NCBI GenBank assembly: GCA_947166705.1
Contig: CAMVFE010000002.1
Span: forward strand, 5,695 to 69,694
Direction of reading: 5' to 3'
From: an uncultured Clostridia bacterium
GTDB lineage: Bacteria; Bacillota; Clostridia; Christensenellales; Aristaeellaceae
DNA: 64,000 bases
In this document: piece after piece, positions 59,814-64,000 of the stretch
How positions within the stretch are numbered: the first letter of the stretch is position 1
Layout: each line of letters begins with the position of its first letter
Notes under the pieces: model-generated
Seen by the model: the letters and a program-made list of their open reading frames with translations, nothing else
Databases searched by the model: none
Told to the model about the DNA's origin: nothing
Program-made: the position numbers and the translations under genes

Positions 59814-61385
59814 ATGAAAAACCGGCTGCTCGCCCTGTTTCTGCTGCTCCCCCTGGCGCTGCACGCTTCCGCGGCTCCGGCCGCGGCGCCCGACACCCGG
59901 AACCTGGTCTTCTACGAAATCTTCACCGGGTCCTTCTCCGACAGCAACGGGGACGGCGCCGGCGACCTGCCCGGCATTCTGAACCGCCTGGATTACCTGA
60001 ACGACGGGGATCCGGAGACGGAATCGGACCTGGGGATCGAGGGGATCTGGCTGACGCCGGTCTTTGCCTCCCCGTCCTATCACCGGTATGACGTGGAGGA
60101 TTATTATACCGTCGATCCGGAGCTCGGCACCCTGGAGGACCTGAAGCGGCTGATTGACGGCTGCCACGCCCGGGGCATCCGCCTGATCCTGGATCTCCCC
60201 CTGAACCATACCGGCATCGCCCATCCCTGGTTCCGGCGCTTCCGGAACGCCCGGGTCCTGCACAACGAAGGCAGCGAATACTATGATTTCTATCTCTGCC
60301 ATCCCGCCTCGGACCTCCCGGCCGGGCATGCCTGCTATCCCATTCCCGGCACGGATTTCTGCTATGAGGGCAATTTTTCCCGGGAGATGCCGGAGCTGAA
60401 TTACGGCTGCGAGGCGGTCCGCCGCGCGGCGCTGGACATCGCCCGGTTCTATCTGGGCCTGGGGGTGGACGGCTTCCGCTTCGACGCGGCGAAATATATC
60501 TATTTCGGGGACAACGCCCGCTCCGCCGAATTCTGGCGGTGGTACGCCGGCGAGCTCCGCGCAATTTCCCCGGATGTCTGGCTGGTCGCCGAGGTGTGGG
60601 ACAGCGACGCCGTCACGGCGCAGTACTTCCCCGCCGTGGACTGCTTCGATTTTACCCTTTCCCAGGCCGGCGGCCTCATCGCCGAAACCGCTGCCGGCGG
60701 GGACGTCAGCCGCTATACCGCCTATGTGGAAAAGTATCTTTCCGGCATTCGGGCCCTCCGCGAGGACGCGGTCTTCGTCCCCTTCATCTCCAACCATGAC
60801 ATGGACCGGGCCGCGGGGTATCTGCCGGACTCCAACGGCCGCATTCGGATGGCCGCCAACCTGTATATCCTCGGTCCAGGCGCGCCCTTTCTCTATTACG
60901 GGGAGGAGATCGGCCTCCGGGGCTCCCGGGGCGGCGCCGCCACCGACGCCAACCGCCGCCTGGCCATGCGCTGGGGGGACGGCGATCCGGTGGCCGATCC
61001 GCCCGGTGCGGACTATGCCAAACAGACGGAAGCCACCGTCGCCTCCATGCGGGCGCAACGCGGAAGCCTCCTGAGCTATTACAGCCGGCTCATCGCCCTG
61101 CGGAAGGCGCATCCGGAAATCGCCCGGGGAACCTACCGCGCCCTGAAGCTTGAAAAAACGGACCTGGGCGGCTTCGTCTCCACCTGGGAGGACAGCGCCG
61201 TCCTCGTCCTCCACAATCCCACCCAGAAGGCCCTGACCCTGAGCCTTCCGGAGGCAGGGCTGGCGGATTTCACCGTCCTCAGCGGCTTCATCGGCGCCGG
61301 TTCGGCCGCCCTGGAAAGCGGCACGCTCACCCTGGAGGAGCAGACCTCCGCCCTCCTGCGCCGCGCTCCGGCCCCGGAGCGGTAA
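59814..61385 (+). CDS. Secreted alpha-amylase family enzyme (GH13)
   Basis: Signal peptide; FYEIF..SF.DSNGDG.GD, NHT, catalytic GFRFDAAK / VAEVW / SNHD. Confidence 0.92.
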   Translation: MKNRLLALFLLLPLALHASAAPAAAPDTRNLVFYEIFTGSFSDSNGDGAGDLPGILNRLDYLNDGDPETESDLGIEGIWLTPVFASPSYHRYDVEDYYTVDPELGTLEDLKRLIDGCHARGIRLILDLPLNHTGIAHPWFRRFRNARVLHNEGSEYYDFYLCHPASDLPAGHACYPIPGTDFCYEGNFSREMPELNYGCEAVRRAALDIARFYLGLGVDGFRFDAAKYIYFGDNARSAEFWRWYAGELRAISPDVWLVAEVWDSDAVTAQYFPAVDCFDFTLSQAGGLIAETAAGGDVSRYTAYVEKYLSGIRALREDAVFVPFISNHDMDRAAGYLPDSNGRIRMAANLYILGPGAPFLYYGEEIGLRGSRGGAATDANRRLAMRWGDGDPVADPPGADYAKQTEATVASMRAQRGSLLSYYSRLIALRKAHPEIARGTYRALKLEKTDLGGFVSTWEDSAVLVLHNPTQKALTLSLPEAGLADFTVLSGFIGAGSAALESGTLTLEEQTSALLRRAPAPER

Positions 61386-61515
61386 CCTGAATATAAGCCC
61401 GGCGCCTCCCGAAGGCGGCCGGGATCTGTTCCGTGCAATCCGGATCCTATTCTATCATGGGCGCCGGCCGCTGTCCATCCTCCGGAGGGGCCGGCCCGGA
61501 AAAGGGGAAAAGAAA

Positions 61516-62763
61516 ATGAGAAGACGGGTCTGCCTGCTGCTGGCGCTGGCGCTGCTGTTTCCGGGTCTCGCCGCGCCCCCGGCGGAATCGGAAGATCCCT
61601 CCGGGACGGGCCTGGCCGTCCGGAAGGTGGAAAACCTGCCGGAGGATTTCATCCTCGGCATGGACGTGTCCAGCGTCCTCTCCCTGGAGGCCGGCGGAAC
61701 CGTGTTCCGGGATGCCGGCGGCCGGGAGGCAGACCTCTTCGATCTGCTGCATGAGGCCGGGATCGGCTGGATCCGCGTCCGGATCTGGAATCATCCCTTC
61801 TCCTCAGACGGCCATGGCTTCGGCGGCGGGAACTGCGACCTGTCCCACGCCGTGGAGATCGGCCGCCGGGCTGCGGAGCGCGGCATGCGGCTGATGGTGG
61901 ATTTCCATTATTCCGATTTCTGGGCGGATCCCGGCAAGCAGGCGGCGCCCCGCGCCTGGCAGGGCCTGACGCCGGACGAAAAGGCGGACGCGCTGTATGC
62001 CTTCACGCTCGAAAGCCTGAACGCCCTGCGGGCGGGCGGCGCCGACGTGGGCATGGTGCAGATCGGCAACGAAACCAGCGGCTCCTTCTGCGGGGAGGCG
62101 GACTGGCAGACGGCCGTCCGCGTCCTGATGGCCGCGGGCTGCCGCGCCGTCCGGGATTTTGACCCGTCGGTCCGGACGGCGGTTCACTTCACGAACCCGG
62201 AGAAGGCCGGGGCCCTGCTGGACCGGGTCGCCTCCCTGGCGGATGCCGGCCTGGATTACGATGTTCTCGCTGTCTCCTGGTATCCGTACTGGCACGGCAC
62301 GCTGGAAAATCTGTCCGCCGTCCTCTCCGCCGTCCGCGAAACCTGGAAAAAGGATGTGCTGGTGGCGGAAACCAGCTACGCCTGGACCCTGGCGGATTCG
62401 GATTTTTACGGCAACACCGTCGGCGAAGGCACCTCCCTCCCCCTTCCCTGGCCCGTCTCGCCCCAGGGCCAGGCGGACGCGGTGCGGGATCTGGCCGCCG
62501 CGGTCTGCGAAGCCGGAGGCCTGGGCCTGTTCTACTGGGAGGGCGCCTGGATTTCCGCGGGCGGATCCTCCTGGGCGGAAAACCGCGCGAAATGGGAAAA
62601 GTACGGCAGCGGCTGGGCGTCCAGCTATGCCGCGGAATATGATCCGGCCGACGCCGGAAAGTATTACGGAGGATGCGCCGTGGACAATCAGGCCTTCTTC
62701 GCCCCGGACGGCACGGCGCTGCCAAGCCTGCAGGTCTTCCGCCTGCTGCGGCCTTCCTTCTGA
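61516..62763 (+). CDS. ganB: Secreted endo-1,4-beta-galactanase (GH53)
   Basis: GMDVSS, RVRIWN, DFHYSDFWADPGKQ, VQIGNE, VAETSY, FYWEG. Confidence 0.9.
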   Translation: MRRRVCLLLALALLFPGLAAPPAESEDPSGTGLAVRKVENLPEDFILGMDVSSVLSLEAGGTVFRDAGGREADLFDLLHEAGIGWIRVRIWNHPFSSDGHGFGGGNCDLSHAVEIGRRAAERGMRLMVDFHYSDFWADPGKQAAPRAWQGLTPDEKADALYAFTLESLNALRAGGADVGMVQIGNETSGSFCGEADWQTAVRVLMAAGCRAVRDFDPSVRTAVHFTNPEKAGALLDRVASLADAGLDYDVLAVSWYPYWHGTLENLSAVLSAVRETWKKDVLVAETSYAWTLADSDFYGNTVGEGTSLPLPWPVSPQGQADAVRDLAAAVCEAGGLGLFYWEGAWISAGGSSWAENRAKWEKYGSGWASSYAAEYDPADAGKYYGGCAVDNQAFFAPDGTALPSLQVFRLLRPSF

Positions 62764-62881
62764 AGCATCCTGCCGGACGGAAAACCGCCGGCTTCAGGAC
62801 CATACAATCGCGAAAGAAAGCGCCCGCGGCCGGACCACTCCGCCGCGGGCGCCTCTGCATGTGCCAATGATTCTTTTCGGG

Positions 62882-64000
62882 TTATTCCGCCGCGCGCTGC
62901 AGAAGCGTCAGCAGGTAGACAAACTCTTCCTTATACGCATCGCCGGTCACGCTCCCGCAGCCCCTGGCCAGCGCCAGCGCGCTGTCCCAGGACGCGCTGC
63001 CCCGGTATTCGCTGTCCCGCAGGATCATGGCGCATTCCGCCACGGCGGCCGCCCACTTCATGTTGTCGTTCAGCTCCTCCGCGGGCGCTTCCCGGAAGGG
63101 ATATTCCTCCAGCGTGCTGGTCTCCTCCCCGGGCGCCTTGAAGCGGATGGCCAGGGTCAGCCAGTCCGTCCCGTCCGGATCCGCGGCGGCCTCCTGCACG
63201 GCAGCATAGCGGCTTTCCGGAATGCCGGCGTCAAATCCGCTGCCGACGGGAACGATCTCGTACAGCGCCGTGACCCGGTGGCCGGATCCGATTTCGCCGC
63301 CGTCCTTCGTGTCGTCCGCGAAGTCCTGCGCATCCATCACCCGGTCCTCGTAGCCGATCAGGCGCCAGGCGGAGACCTTCGCCGGGTTGAAGTCCAGCTG
63401 CAGCTTGACGTCCCGGGCGACCTCCACCAGGGTGCCTCCCGCCTCGCTGACCAGCGCCCGGCGGGCCTCAAAGACCGAATCCAGATAGTAGTAATTCCCG
63501 TCGCCGTAGTCCGCCAGGGCTTCCAGCTTGTTGTCCTTGTAGTTGCCGTAGCCCACGCCCAGCATGGTCAGCCGGACGCCGGCCTTTTTCTTTTCCATGA
63601 CCAGCCTCGCCAGATCGCCTTCGCTGGTCATGCCGACGTTGAAATCGCCGTCCGTCGCCATCAGGATGCGGTTGGAGCTCCCCTCCGCCGCGTATTTCTC
63701 CGCCAGCTGGTAGGCCGTCCGGATTCCCGCCGAGCTGTTGGTGGAGCCGCCGGCCTCCAGCGCGGAAATCGCTTCCATGATCCGGGTCCGGTCCGCCGCC
63801 GGGACGCCCTCCAGCACGACCTCGTCCCGGGAGGCATAGGTCACCAGGGACACGGTATCCGTGGGCTGAAGCTCCTCCAGCAGCTGCAGGAACGCGCGCT
63901 TGACCAGGTCCAGCCGGTCCTCCCCGAACATGGAGCCCGAAACATCGATCAGGAACACCAGGTTCTGCGCGGACCGGTTCTCCGCGGTAACGGCCTTCGC
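62882..64000 (-). CDS. vWA domain protein YfbK-like (vWA + DUF3520), 5' end off window
   Basis: Frame open to window edge; NLVFLIDVSGSM (MIDAS), ATDGDFNVG, LIGYE.R...DF.DD.KDGGEIGSGH.VTALYE. Confidence 0.88.
   Translation of the reverse strand, partial: AKAVTAENRSAQNLVFLIDVSGSMFGEDRLDLVKRAFLQLLEELQPTDTVSLVTYASRDEVVLEGVPAADRTRIMEAISALEAGGSTNSSAGIRTAYQLAEKYAAEGSSNRILMATDGDFNVGMTSEGDLARLVMEKKKAGVRLTMLGVGYGNYKDNKLEALADYGDGNYYYLDSVFEARRALVSEAGGTLVEVARDVKLQLDFNPAKVSAWRLIGYEDRVMDAQDFADDTKDGGEIGSGHRVTALYEIVPVGSGFDAGIPESRYAAVQEAAADPDGTDWLTLAIRFKAPGEETSTLEEYPFREAPAEELNDNMKWAAAVAECAMILRDSEYRGSASWDSALALARGCGSVTGDAYKEEFVYLLTLLQRAAE

Overview
High-GC chromosomal segment from an anaerobic Clostridia-type Firmicute. 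The gene repertoire (SCIFF locus, FloA, SMC, sugar and peptide ABC systems) is consistent with a gut or rumen lineage; taxonomy is inference only. Left to right: partial putP, yitT, two tandem oligopeptide ABC operons (the second streptococcal Ami-like), a radical SAM + small membrane protein pair, a secreted SH3 protein, a murA-J/TPR-MFS-PIG-L operon, an EF-G/TetM-like GTPase fused to a C-terminal YacP/Rae1-type NYN RNase, nfeD-floA-yqfB-like, a heterodimeric ABC exporter, scfA-scfB (ranthipeptide)-phosphodiester glycosidase-tcdA, AraC-MATE, an LplABC-type sugar ABC system, a PLP decarboxylase, lysA, smc, and a starch/galactan utilisation locus. That locus (MsmX, MalFG-like permeases, a binding protein with a fused CBM-like domain, GH13, GH53) is split by a ~5 kb lower-GC island of small detoxification-type genes and gene scars. 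A partial vWA (YfbK-like) gene ends the window. No rRNA, tRNA, CRISPR array, transposase or integrase was recognised. Most notable: the GTPase-NYN fusion, four solute-binding proteins lacking a lipobox, and the mosaic island.
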